Source: Scyliorhinus canicula
Lineage: Eukaryota
DNA length: 64,000 nt
Assembly: GCF_902713615.1 (NCBI RefSeq)
Contig: NC_052152.1
Coordinates: 149,594,815-149,658,814, forward strand
Direction: 5' to 3'
Shown here: piece after piece, positions 1-12,249 of the stretch
Position numbering within the stretch: position 1 is the stretch's first letter
Layout: each line of letters starts with the position of its first letter
The notes under the pieces: model-generated
The model's database searches: none
What the model was told of the DNA's origin: nothing
What the model saw: the letters and a program-made list of their open reading frames with translations, nothing else
Program-made: the position numbers and the translations under genes

Positions 1-2757
1 GTATAATAGATTGCCATAAAACGAGAGGTAGAATTGTACCTGATTGACTTTTACACTAAAACTGTGAACTCATAATGGGTCTGGTGATGATTTAGCTGAT
101 CCAAGTATTTTAAATGAATGAAGTTGACCGAATAAGATTGTTTCAGTAATTTTTTACAGGCCTCAGCTGCCCTTTGATACTCAGTGCTGTATATTGTAAC
201 TTTAACAGAAACTACCTCCTGATTGTGGGCAAGCTTCTTCACTTTTGCGATATTGAACAGACATGCTATTTGAAAATGGGATTCAGACATCTGGATCCAG
301 ATTTTCATGGAGTCAGGCTGAGTGGGGTGGTTCTTGCAAAAAGCAGGTTCGGCTTGATTCAAGGATTCCCACCCCCATTCCCATTTCTGGCGATTTTAAC
401 CAGTGTGGGATAAGGGGCTGTTAGTGATCCTGCACAGAGCACTCTCACTCTTGATGGCTCTATTATGGGGTTGGGCACTTCAACCCCCTTCCTGCAATGT
501 TAATGGAGCTGTGCCCATCCTGTAGGTAGACATGATTCACAGCATCTTAGAGGATTTGTTAACCACAGGGGAAATGAAAACAAAAACACCATTCAACGTT
601 CACTTTGAAATGCATTGTCCCTCTTACAGTTTCATAAAGCCGTCAAATAATCAAAATCATTCATATTACCAATGTCAAAAAGCTGGTATCCACATCACAC
701 CTCTTAATCTTGTGTAAATAAACTTACAGGCAATGCATAAGACCCTCAATGAAAGATCTGGCTATTACAAGGTAATAAATATGTAATTCCAACTCTCCTC
801 TGAAACAATGTAAACATTCCCAGTGAGTCCATCTGAAAAACTATTCTGTTTTAACTGCATCTGTGAAAATATGTCACAGATGACCTTGTTACGAAGCTTG
901 GCAGTGCTCCAACAACAAGCAATCCACTTAACTTTCAACAGTCTATCTATATCCGGTTATAGAGTAGAGGGATAGATTTGTTTGATTGACATATTTATTA
1001 TATTTCATACTCTGTGATCTTGGAATTAGTTATTCCTTCTTTTTTTATGGTTTTCCAATGCCTATGTGTATTTATTTAACCAAAATTAAGAGGTATAATA
1101 TAGAGAGTAACATTTTGCCATTGATATTATGAATGGTTGTGATTGATTGATATTTTTTAAAGTTGTAAACCGAGCAGTAGTGTTAACAATAGAATTTCAA
1201 AGCTTCCTTGGTTATGTCAGTTTCTTGAGCATTTTGAAGACTTGCCAGGCTTGCCAATGATTCTTCAGGTGCTGGACATCACGGAGCCTGAGGAAGCATG
1301 GAGAACATGAAGGGAGAATGGGAGATATGAGGAGGAATGAGGGCATAGAGGGGCATAACAGAAATAAAAGGCCATGGAGGAAGCTGGAGGGGCATTGGGG
1401 TGGATGGAGGTTGAGGGGCCGGAGAGTTTAGGGCTTGAGGACCTGACATTCAGTGTTATAACTGGACCGATGCTCCACTGAATGGAGGTGGCCAATCCAG
1501 TCTTTGGTCCTGTCGCTGCAGTCCCATCCCACTGGCTCCACAAAGGAAATTTCAACACTTACCATTCAGGATTTCTTACATCTGCAGACCAGCTTTTAAT
1601 GAGTGCTCATGCACCATCTGCCCTGAAAGCAGAAGGACTTGACAAGTTTACGTAGAACTGATAATACCATAGCTTCAGAATTAACCAGGAATCATTCTGG
1701 CAAGTTTATGTGCAATCAATCCTTATGTTCCCTCCTTTGCTGACACATTGACTGGCATATGCATTTGTTCAATGTATCCTTTGCCATTTGCCTTAACTCC
1801 CTCATGCAATATGGTACTTGTTAATCTTTCCTCACTGATTAAAATACGGAGATTATTTCAACTGAGGCAGAGAGGGCTAAGAAAATATTTAATTGTTTTT
1901 TTCAATTATGAGGGATTCTGTTGGCGTGTTATAACAAGACAACGAAAGGAAAGGCAGGCAAAGACTTTGTTCACCTAGCCCAGCAATCGAGCTCAATGCA
2001 TTTCTATTGACAATGAATCCTATTTGTTGGCAAGAACCAGTTGAGTTCCTTCGGAAACCCATTAAGATTTCTTCTTTCACCGCCCATGCAGGTAATCTGT
2101 TTGACTCATTATCAACTCTTTAGGAGAAAAAAATTCTCCTGTGCTTCCAATTTTAATTTGTTGTCTTAATACTTGATCTTAAATTCTATACAGGGCAGAA
2201 ATTATTATTTGGGTTCAACTTACTTTGAACACCTTTATCAGTTCCCATCTTGATTTTTATCCTCTCAAGAAAGTAAAATCTCGTGTCAACAATTTCTTTA
2301 GTTTATGTTGAAGATCTACTTTTGCCAGGTGTTTGTCACAAGATGCGTATTTTTGACTTGCCTTAGCAATTTTTTTTTTCGGTCTTGCATCTTTTTTATA
2401 ACATCCTTTTGGACTCAGGAGAAAGCATTAACCCTTTCTGTAATTTATTTCTGTCCCTGCTGCATAAAGGCGCTTCTGAGAAGATTGGTTACGCTCACCA
2501 TAAATCATGTTCCCTGACTTTCTGCAGCACCTCGTTAACAACCCTGATCTTCCTTTACCGAGTAGGCTTTGCAGAACATTGCGCTGTTAAAAGCCATCCA
2601 TTATTTAAAAGGTTTGGCTGGTTAGAACTTTTAAATTATTGGCATGCATTAATTGATCTTAACATTCCATTCAACAATGCATTGCCCAGTATTTGAGTGT
2701 ACAGTATAAGATTGCTCCGAAGAAAACAGGATAATCAGGGATTAACAAGTCTGATTT

Positions 2758-2993
2758 ATTTTATTTTATTTTTTTCTTAAATTTAGTGTGCCCAATTCAT
2801 TTTGTCCAATTAAGGGGCAATTTAGCATGACCAATCCATCTGTCCTGCACATCTTTGGGTTGTGGCGGCGAAAACCCACGCAAACACGGGGAGAATGTGT
2901 AAACTCCATACGGACAGTGACCCAAAGTCGGGATGAAACCTGGGACCTCGGCGCCGTAAGGCTGCAGGGCGAACCCACTGCGCCACCATGCTT
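2758..2993 (-). mobile_element. tRNA-derived HE1/V-SINE-like SINE (short-tail type)
   Basis: Shares the core GGTCACTGTCCGTGTGGAGTTTGCACATTCTCCCCGTG...AAATTGCCCCTTAATTGG with many other copies; flanked by the 13-bp direct repeat ACAAGTCTGATTT (2745, 2994). Confidence 0.85.
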
Positions 2994-3983
2994 ACAAGTC
3001 TGATTTTGTTATTTCATTTATCATATATAAGTGTTTCTTGGTTCAATCTCAATGCTAAGACTACCAGTCATGCTCCCAATAGTTTCAATGAGGTTATGCA
3101 AAAGAATAAATGGACCTTCAGTCACACCAGTGTCTGTATTTCAATAATATGCCATATTTAGAACATTGGGGATACAGGATGCCTTTATCCTGTTTTAACT
3201 CAACTAAAGGTTCACCTTAACCAAATATGCTTGTCCAATCTTCTTCTATCCCTCTCCACATGCACTAACTACATAGCTGAATGAGAAGAATGATCTCCCT
3301 GCTTGCTGTTCCTGTCATGCTGATGCGATTGATGGAGGTCACCTTCGAAGATGCCGAAGTCATTCCTTCGATAACCAGCTGTGCTACTCACTGAGAACTA
3401 CGTCCTCTGTTTACACATCATTACGGTTAGCTGTTTTGAAGTTGCAGCATTCTATACCCTGATTAACCAGTTGACTTTATCATAACAAATCTAACCGATG
3501 TTTTCATCTCCTCAATGTGACTCATCCAGGACAGAGTTAGTCATTTTCTCCAATGAACCAATCTCAACAGATGTATAAAACCATTAATAGATGATAAAAA
3601 GCTGATTAAAATAAAAGGAGCAAATTAAAGGCAAGAGTAGACGTATTAAAGTTCTTCAATAATTTCTTTACAGCATTTTTTATTCATGTGTATTTCTGTT
3701 GGAGAATTTGGTTGCTATTCTCATAATTCTGAAATATCTCCACTGGTGGAGGTGGTGCTGAGTTGAAATGTATTGATCCCAATAGGCATTGGCGAGGAGA
3801 AATAAATGAGCTTGAAAAAGGCACTTACAATTTGACTGCATAAAACTCCCAGCTGATTAGCGATTGATTGCAGAATTAATGATCTACACAGGACAAACTA
3901 TTACAGATGGAATCAACATCCCTGAATTGATTCTCGTCTGATAGGAAGCCATCTTAACCAAAATAAATGCAGTTAGAAACTAT

Positions 3984-4677
3984 GGGCGGAATTCTCCGCT
4001 CCCCACGCCGGGTGGGAGAATCGCGGGAGGGCCAGACAACTCACGACACGCCGTTCTGGCACCCCCCGCGATTCTCCCACCCCCCGCTCGGAGAATCGCC
4101 GCTCGCCGTTTTTCACGGCGACCGGCGATTTTCCGGCCCGGATGGGCCGAGCGGCCTGACGTTCCTGACCTGTTCACGCCGGCGGCAATCACACCTGGTC
4201 GCTGCCGTCGTGAACATGGCGGCAAAGCTTTGTTGTGGCTTGTGGGGGGGCGGAGAGGGGAGTGAGCACCACAGCCGTGCTTGGGAGGGGACTGGCCCGC
4301 GATCGGTGCCCACCGATCGTCGGGCCGGCGTCTCCAAGGGACGCACTCTTTCCCATCCGCCGCCCCGCAAGATCAAGCCGCCACGTCTTGCAGGGCAGCG
4401 GAGGAAAAGACGGCAACCGCGCATGCGCGGGTTGGAGTCGGCCAATCTGCGCATGCGCGGCTGACATCAATTAGGCGCCGCAGACGTGTTATTCTCGGCG
4501 CGCTGCCTTGATGCAAGCATCAAGGCCCGGCGGCCGGGATTTACGGATCGCCGCTCCTAGCCCCCTGGGGGGGGGGGGGTGAATAGGGTGCGAGGTGCGG
4601 CATCCGAGGCCGTCGTGAAACTCGGCTGAGTTAACGACGGCCTTCCCGATGCCGCGCGGGAGAGGAGAATTCCGCCC
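3984..4677. mobile_element. GC-rich PIF/Harbinger-type MITE
   Basis: Perfect 14-bp TIRs GGGCGGAATTCTCC/GGAGAATTCCGCCC; 3-bp TSD TAT; no coding motifs. Confidence 0.9.
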
Positions 4678-4761
4678 TATACCTTTATGAGAAATTTTTC
4701 ACAGCTTCCGATTTTGCATTTCCTGAAAATTTATTTTAAAGAATGGCATCTTAAGGCAGGA

Positions 4762-4954
4762 CGGGGCTGGTTTAGCACACTGGACTAAATAGCTGGCTTT
4801 GAAAGCAGACCAAGGCAAGCCAGCTGCACGGTTCAATTCCCGCACCAGCCTCCCCGAACAGGCGTCGGAATGTGGCGACTAGGGGCTTTTCACAGTAACT
4901 TCATTTGAAGCCTACTTGTGACAATAAGCGATTTTCATTTCTTTTTTCATTTTC
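4762..4954 (+). mobile_element. Short tRNA-derived SINE with (TTTCA)n tail, inserted into the head of an HE1-like SINE
   Basis: GGGGCTGGTTTAGCAC A-box head, GGTTCAATTCC B-box, tail CAGTAACTTCATTTGAAGCCTACTTGTGACAATAAGCG; further copies at 11870 and 28975. Confidence 0.8.
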
Positions 4955-5744
4955 ACGGTGTTTAGCACTGCTGTGGCACGGCGCAGAGGTCGCAGGTTCG
5001 ATCCCAGCTCTGGATCACTGTCCGTGTGGAGTTTGCACATTCTCGTGGGGCTGGATTCTCCATTAGCTGATGCCGAAACGCGATCAGGCGGAGAATAGCT
5101 TCTGACACCGAAGTCAATCCTTACGCTAGTTTCACGCCAAATTGACATTCTCTGGCCCCCCCAAAAACGACGGAATCATGGCGCGCACCGCAGTGGGGTG
5201 CTGCCAGGGCCGGGAGGGAGAGAGGGGTGGGGGGGGTGGTGGGGGAACCAGGCCCCGAGCAGCCGGGGATCCCGCCAACAGGACAGGGGCTGTGCCCAGT
5301 TACAGACCACCATTACGGCAGCCACCTTGCTGGCCACCCACCCTGGCCCCAGGGTGACCGCAGTTACAACAGTCGAATGGATGGGCCCCCCCACACACCC
5401 AACCGGCAACCAGCCACCGGGGTCCACCCAGAGCCACACCGACAGCAGCCCCCAGTGAGGGCGGTGCCATCCAGCGGTGCCCCTAGCAGCAGGGACAGGC
5501 GCCAGGGCCGACGGGGGTGTGGAGGGGGGGGGGGTGGGGGAGACACCGATGGGGCCGGTGCGGGGGTGGGGGGCATGCATGTTTGGGGCCTGCGGCGACA
5601 ACTGGGCCATGTAGCCTATGGAACCTGGTTGGGCACGGGCGTACGCGCCATGATAATACGTTTGCCTTTCAATCGCTGCAGAAAACATTGGCTTTCGGAC
5701 ATCAGCACGGGATGCTGGCCACTGTGGCGATGGCCACTGCCCTG

Positions 5745-5915
5745 CCACAGGCCGACGCGGAGACCCGCTACAATGATGCCCATTGTGCGACCAGGGGTGT
5801 GGTGGAGAGGTGCTTTGGGCTCCTGGAAATGCACTTCAGATGCCTGGACCGCTCTGGAGGGGTCCTCCAGTACGATGCCAGGATGGTCGCCCGCATCGTT
5901 GTGGTCTGCTGCGTC
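5745..5915 (+). pseudogene. Harbinger DDE transposase C-terminal fragment
   Basis: AETRYNDAHCATRGVVERCFGLLEMHFRCLDRSGGVLQY...IVVVCC matches the HARBI1-family motif YN..H...R..VER.FG.LK.RFRCLD. Confidence 0.85.
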
Positions 5916-6529
5916 ACAGACTTGTGGGGAGGGGATTCACTGCCCAAGGGCATGGGCAACACCATACCACACCCCCTGACCTCCCACACCGCTGAACACC
6001 CTGACCTCCCACACCACCGAACACCCTCACCTCCCACACCACTCAACCACCATCGTGCACCCCTCCACCGTTATATATACCTGCCGCCCTGCACGCTCGG
6101 GGCACTGGGTTAGCAGCGACAGCGGGTCTGGCCTATGGGATGGAGGATGATGACAGCCCTCCCTGCGATGAGCTCCATGCTCCATATCGTTTGACAATGT
6201 CTGACACATGCCCACAGTAGCACCTTTCACCTGGGTGATCGCTGCATGCGAGCTGGCCAGTCCATCACATGGCCCTGTGGAATTGCTGGGGATCGGGTGC
6301 TGGGGACGGTCGGGCTAGGTTGCGGGGGGGGTGGGGGGGGGGGGGTGGGCTACACGGTCCACCTACTGGGCCACATTCGGCCCACACCCCTCACTCCCAC
6401 TGGCCAGCACTGACCACACCTATCAGACAAAGCACCAAGTCAGGCTTGAACGGTTTGAACATGTGTTCATTGTGAACAAATATGTGCCCTAGCCCCGATA
6501 ACTAAACCGTGCCCTGCACCGGTGCCAAC

Positions 6530-7885
6530 TTAACTGGTGTCTAACTTTCTGGCCTTACGGGCCTTACCACCACGCATTTGTGTTTCCCCAGACGGTAAAG
6601 CAGGAGTGGAGGAGGACTGCTGATTCCTGCCCTGCAACGAGGGTCCCCGTTGGCGCACGTCTCCTGTGGCGGCCCGGACTGGATGGGCCCGCCTACTGCT
6701 TGAACGTCCTGGGGGGAGTGGTGCTGCCTGTTGTGCTTGCTTCCCACCAGATGCACCAGGGACCATGGTTTCTCCATGGGACGGGGCTGCAACCGGAGCA
6801 ATCCCCAAGGCCCCCCACCCCCCGACACCTGGCTCTACCAGTCCTGGAGGCCCTCTCTGATATCGACAAGGGTCTGAACAACCGTGGTTATGGAGCACAG
6901 GGAGTGGCCCATCTCCGTCTGGGAATGCACCATATCCCTATGCGACTGTGTCACGACCCTGAGGGCCTGTGCCACATCAGCCAGTGCGTGGGCCTCATTC
7001 CTCAGGGTTTGGGCCATGTCCCTCAAGGTGTGGGTCACATCAGCCAGTGAGTGGGCCACATCCCTCTGGGACTGGATCACCACCCTCTGTGACTGCGCCA
7101 TGCCGGCCTGCAGCTGAGCATTGCCGCCACCGCTCTCAGCAACGGCCTGCAGTGACTGGGCCACGCTGAGGAGTGCCGCTCCAATGCTGGCTCTGGCACA
7201 TGGTTGCCTATGAGAGGGCAGACCTGTCCTGAGCCTTGGCCCCCGCATACACAGAATGCACCAAGCCTTGCACAAGCTGATCCATATCCAACACCATTGC
7301 CTCCACTGTGGACGCCACCTGTGCGGTTTCGGCACACATGACCAGCACCACCCCCTGCTCCTGCACGAGGATGGACTCCTCCATTTGTCCCTGCAGGTGT
7401 TGGAAGCCGGCCGTCAACCCCTCCTGTAGTCCCTGGGTCTCTAACTGCAACTGCACTCTGGGTGGGACTGGATGTTACAGGAGCCCGGGACCCATCAGGG
7501 CGACAGCTGGTTCCTGGGGCCTGGCTGTGTTCCGACCGCCCAGCCCCTCGACTGCTCCTACTTCCACCTGCTGTACCGGACTGACTGTGTGGTATGCACC
7601 AAACAGTGTCCCAGGAGCCTCTTTGCTAATGTGCCCAACCGAGGTGACAGTCTCTGAGATGGTGGAGGGTGTTGGAGACAGCAGCCCTGAGGCGGTCGTG
7701 CAGTTTTTTTTCTGCACTGGATGCCAATCCGGACAACTTTGTTGACGGCAACTGCCACCTCTGCCCAGGCACGGCGAACATCGGCGCCTGAGGACCTTCC
7801 TCCCGAGCCGGCGTAAAACACCACCCGCCTCTCCTCCACGCGTCGAGGAGGGTCTCCAGCTCAGCATCACGGGAGCGCGGCTATT
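6530..7885 (-). pseudogene. Harbinger ORF2 (Myb/SANT-like DNA-binding protein with a long heptad repeat), frameshifted
   Basis: PRSRDAELETLLDA / EERRVVFY...VRRAWAEVAVAVNKVVRIGIQCRKK is a Myb/SANT-like motif; downstream heptads QRDVAHS LADVTHT LRDMAQT... Confidence 0.75.
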
Positions 7886-8092
7886 TCCAGCCACGTTGGC
7901 TGCAACGGTGTGTGTGTGGGTGGGAGGGGGGTTAGATTCTTTGAAGTGCAGCAATCATGGAACCGGCGAATCCCGTGACGCCCGCGCTAGCCCCTTTTTG
8001 GTGGCTGAATACTTTCACCTGTCGCACCATTTTTGCTGTCATGAAATTCCACAGTTTTCACGACAGCGTCAGGACTTAGTCTCAGAAACAGA

Positions 8093-8796
8093 GGCTGGGA
8101 TTCTCCGACCCTGCGCCGGGTTGGTGAATCCCCAGAGGGAGGCGCGAATCCCACTCTGCTGCCCAGACGCTTGTTGCCCTATTCTCCGGCGCCATTTTTC
8201 GGAGGCGGGCGGGATTCCCGCCATGCCGGTCGGGGTCGTTGACAGCGGCCCCTCCGGCGATTATCGGGGCCCCAATGGGCCGAGTGTCCATCAAGATTTG
8301 CCCAGTCCCGCCAGCGTGAATTACTCACCTCACACACAGCGGGACCTGGCAGGTAAGTGTGCGGGGGCGGTCCTGGGTGGGGGTCCGACCCGGGGCGGGG
8401 GGGTGGTGAGAGTCACATTGGCCTGGCCTGCAATCAGGGCCTATCGATCTGCGGGCAGGCTGGTTCCGTGGGGGGCCTTCTTTCCACCACGCCGGGCCCC
8501 TGTAGGGCTCCGCCATTTTGCCCGGGGGCCGGTACGGAGAGGGGAATCTCTGCGCATGTACGGAAATACGCCGGCCGGTCCACGCATGTGCGAGATCACG
8601 CCGGCCGTTCTATGCATGCTCGAACTGGCGCTGGCCCTTTGGCGCCGGCTGGAGCTTCGGGAACCATTCCGGCATCAACCTAGCCCCCGAGTAAGTGGAG
8701 ACTCCTTCACTTTCGGAAACTGTTGACGCCGGTGTGATTGTCGCCAGTTTTCACGTCGGCGTGGGGACATAGCCCCATTATTGCAGAATCCCGCCC
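8093..8796. mobile_element. GC-rich Harbinger MITE nested in the right terminus of the 5048-8810 element
   Basis: TIRs GGCTGGGATTCTCC / GCAGAATCCCGCCC; flanks AGA/AGC. Confidence 0.8.
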
Positions 8797-8940
8797 AGCG
8801 AATCCAGTCCCTCGTCTTTGCGTGGGCTCTGCCCCCAAAACCCAAAGATGTATCGGGGTGGATTGACTACGCTAAATTGCCTCTAATTGGAAAAAATGAA
8901 TTGGGTACTCTAAATTTTATTCAAAAAGAATGACATCCTG

Positions 8941-9735
8941 GGTGGAATTTTCCATTCCAGGACCAGATTCTGTGGCAGGTACAGGAACCGGGAGTGTTTG
9001 CCACTGAGAAGGCCGGTGGGAAGATTGCTGGGGAAGAGGCAACTGCAATGTCCAATTCGGATGAAACGTCTCTGGGATTGGCCCTGCATGAGATGCTGGG
9101 GATGTTGCAAGAGGTGGGGGAACATCAGACAAAGAGTGGCATGTGAGGTGGAAGAGTCCATTCTCCTGCTCACTGAAAAAGTGGTTCTAATATGTGCGCA
9201 CATGGAGGTCTTCATGGGGTGAATGGCAGATGCTGTGGAGAACCTAATCGGGTGGAACACCATGTTTCTGCTTGAGGTCCACACAGACCAGCGTTCTATT
9301 GCTGTAACCAGTGGTGAGTTTTTGCAGTGGCTATATACCTGAACCTCCCTCCAGATGCCCGTATCTCTCAAGGAATCAGGTAGAGACCCCCAGCACCCAA
9401 AGGGAGGCAGAGTGGCTGTTGGACATCCCTGCTACCTCCACTAAGGACTCTCTCTCTCTCGCTCTGAGGGTGTCTGGCAGTTCTGAACCTCCCTTGCCCA
9501 TGACCCCTCTAGTTTTTTCCTCTGTGACCACAGCAGGAGCAGCTGCCCGAAAGCAGAATGTCCAAAGTAAGCTGAACCCCTCCAGGCCTCGAGGTCTCCA
9601 GAGGACTGGTGCCAAGGTCATCCAGACAACAGGGCAAACTGGTCATCAGGTTGCCTCCACCACTGCTGCGGATGTCAAGGGAGCACCTAGAATAAGTGGG
9701 AAGGACCGAAAGAGTAATGTCTCGATTTCACATGT
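8941..9735 (+). mobile_element. Degenerate Harbinger-related fragment (one TIR plus ORF2 C-terminal-like sequence)
   Basis: Starts with TIR-like GGGTGGAATTTTCC; its 3' part (PSRPRG...GAPRISGKDRK) resembles 13800-13990. Confidence 0.5.
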
Positions 9736-9908
9736 GGTTGCACAGCCACATTTATGAGTTTTCTTTTTGTCATTCGTGGGATATGGACATTGCTGGCTGG
9801 GCCAGCATTTATTGCCCATCCCTGAGGGCATTTAAGAGTCAACCATATTGTTAATGTTATGACACTTTTGTAAATATAGTCCTCTTTCACTTTTATGTGG
9901 TGTGATGT

Positions 9909-10250
9909 GGGTGGCACAAAAGCACATTGGTTAGCACTGTTGCTTCACAGCTCCAGGGTCCCAGGTTCGATTCCCGGCTTGGGTCACTGTCTGTGCGGAG
10001 TCTGCACATTCTCCCCGTGGCTGTGTGGGTTTACTCCAGGTTCTCCGGTTTCCTCCCACGGTCTAAAGGTGTGCAGGTTAGGTGGATTAGCTATGCTAAT
10101 TTGCCCTTAGGTTAGGTGGGGTTACTGGTTTATGGGGATACGGTGGAGGTGTGGGCTTCGGTCGGATGCTCTTTCCAAGGGCTGGTGCAGACTCGATGGG
10201 CTGAATGGCCTCCTTGTGCTCTGTAAATTCTATGATCCTATGATTCTATG
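9909..10250 (+). mobile_element. HE1-like SINE (long type with CR1-like tail)
   Basis: tRNA head (GGTTCGATTCC), core, and tail GATGGGCTGAATGGCCTCC...TTCTATGA. Confidence 0.85.
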
Positions 10251-10529
10251 TGGTTTATTTGTAATGCTGTCTTTAAGCCCATGAGTGCCCCCCCCCCCCC
10301 CCACCCCCCACTCCACTCCCCCCTCCTTTCTTCCGAGGAACAACCCAGGCTAGGTCTATTTTCCCTGGAAGCATTCATGTGCAGGGACTTGCCAAACCCC
10401 AAATGAGCCATGTGCAAGAGAATTTCCGTGCAAACGTATCCTTTGCTGTTCACATGCTCATCTGTCCCAACATTCTAGCATTGTGTACACGACATGTTGG
10501 GGTTCTTTTAATAAATTGATTTGGTTTTA

Positions 10530-11560
10530 CAGGATGTGGGCTTCGTTGGTTAGGCCAGCATTTATTGACCATCCCTAATTGCCCTTGAGAAGGTGGTGGT
10601 GAGCTGCCTTCTAGAACTGCCACAGTCCATGTGGTGTAGGTACACCCACTGTGCTATTAGGGAGGGTGATTCAGACTATTGACCCAGTTATATTGAAGGA
10701 ATGACGATATGTTTCCAAGTCAGGATGGTGAGTGACTTGGAGGAAAATCTCCATGCAGTAGTGTTCCCATGAATCTGCTGCCCTTGTCCTTCTAGTTGGC
10801 AGTGGTTGTGGTTTTGGAAGGTGCTGCAAAAGGAGCCTTGATGAGTTCCTGCAGTGCATCTTGTAGATAGTACACACTGCTGCTACTGTGCATCGGTGGC
10901 AGAGGGAGTGAATGCTTGTGGGAAAGATGCAAAATAAATGGGCTGCTTTGTTCTGGATGGTGTCAAACTTCTTGAATGTTATTTGAGCTTCACACATCCA
11001 TGCAATTAGGGAGAATTCCATCACACTCTTGACTTGTGTCTTATTGGTGGTGGACAGGCTTTGGGGAGTCAGGAGGTGAGTTACTTGCCACAGGATTCCT
11101 AGCTTCTGACCTGCTCTTGTAGTCACAGTATTTATATGGCTAGTCCAGTTCAGTTTGTGGTCAATGGTAACCCCCACGGTGTTGATTGTGGGGGAATCAG
11201 TGATGGTACTTCCATTGAATGTCAAGGGGCAATTGTTTGATGCTCTCTTATTGGAGATGGTCATTGCCTGGTACTTTGTGGTGCTAATGATACTTGCCAC
11301 TTATCAACCCAAGCCTGGATATTGTCCAGGTCTTGCTGCATTTGCACGTGGACTACTTGAGTGTCTGAGGAGTCACAAATGGTGATGAACATTGTGCAAT
11401 CATCAGCGAACATCCCCACACCTGACCTTATGTTGGAAGGAAGGCCATTGGTGAAGCAGCTGAAGATGGTTGGACCGAGGACACTATCCTGAAGAACTCC
11501 AGCAGTGATGTCCAGGGACTGAGATGACTGACCTCCAACCACCACAACCAGCCTCTTCAG
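10530..11560 (-). mobile_element. CR1/L2-clade LINE, 3' RT fragment, degenerate
   Basis: ITAGVLQDSVLGPTIFSCF...GMFADD RT motifs; GVTIDHKLNWTSHIN; 3' tail at ~10530-10620. Confidence 0.88.
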
Positions 11561-11869
11561 TTGTCCAGTTGAGGTAACCTGCACCTCCACCCTCACCTGA
11601 TGACGCAACCCCTATGCAGCATCCAGAGATCTCCACCATGAGGCTCTACATAATTTGGAGCAGCCATGGTTGCTGTGACCTCCAACGTCAAGTCAAATAC
11701 CTTTACCCTTCTCCGGAATCCACACGGTCCCAACCCATAACCATTGACACCCCCAGGTCATATTCGCACCTGCACATATCGTACTGATGTCTCACAGTAA
11801 AACCTGGACTCAAATCATTGAGGAAGCCCCTTGCCATTGGCCCAAGGCTCGACTGTGCTAGAACCTTGA

Positions 11870-12038
11870 AATGAAATTAAATGAAAATCGCTTATTGTCA
11901 CGAGTAGGCTTCAATGAAGTTACTGTGAACATTCCGGCGCCTGTCCGGGGAGGCTGGTACGGGAATTGAACCATGCTGCTGGCCTGCTTGGTCTGCTTTA
12001 AAAGCCAGCGATTTAGCTCAGTGAGCTAAACCAGCCCC
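11870..12038 (-). mobile_element. Short tRNA-derived SINE ((TTTCA)n tail)
   Basis: Reverse complement of the 4762-4954 family. Confidence 0.8.
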
Positions 12039-12044
12039 TGATCA

Positions 12045-12249
12045 TTTTGTTTTTTAAATTTAGAGTATCCAATTAATTTCCAATTAAGGGGCAATTTAGC
12101 ATGGCCAATCCACTTAGCCTGCACATCTTTGGGCTGTGGGGGTGAAACCCATGCAAACACGGGGCGAATGTGCAAACTCCACATGGACAGTGATCCAGGG
12201 CCGGGATCGAACCTGGCAGGGCTAACCCACTGCTCATCAGTGCTGCCCT
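12045..12249 (-). mobile_element. HE1-like SINE (short-tail type)
   Basis: Core and head match the other copies. Confidence 0.85.

Larger units (their letters stand above)
5048..8810. mobile_element. PIF/Harbinger DNA transposon, internally deleted, with convergent transposase and Myb ORF2 remnants
   Basis: TIRs GGGCTGGATTC / GAATCCAGTCC; contains a HARBI1-like transposase fragment (+) and a Myb/SANT ORF (-). Confidence 0.85.
4955..8925 (+). mobile_element. HE1-like SINE split by a 3.8-kb Harbinger insertion (SINE halves ~4955-5047 and ~8811-8925)
   Basis: The SINE core stops at ...TTTGCACATTCTC (5044) and resumes at ...TTTGCGTGGG...CCCAAAGATG (8817 onward). Confidence 0.8.

Noticed and set aside
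160-3425. Candidate plus-strand exons (160-229, 731-771, 1979-2091, 3277-3425)
   Set aside because: Splice-like signals and short open frames are present, but the phases do not chain consistently and no protein family is recognisable.
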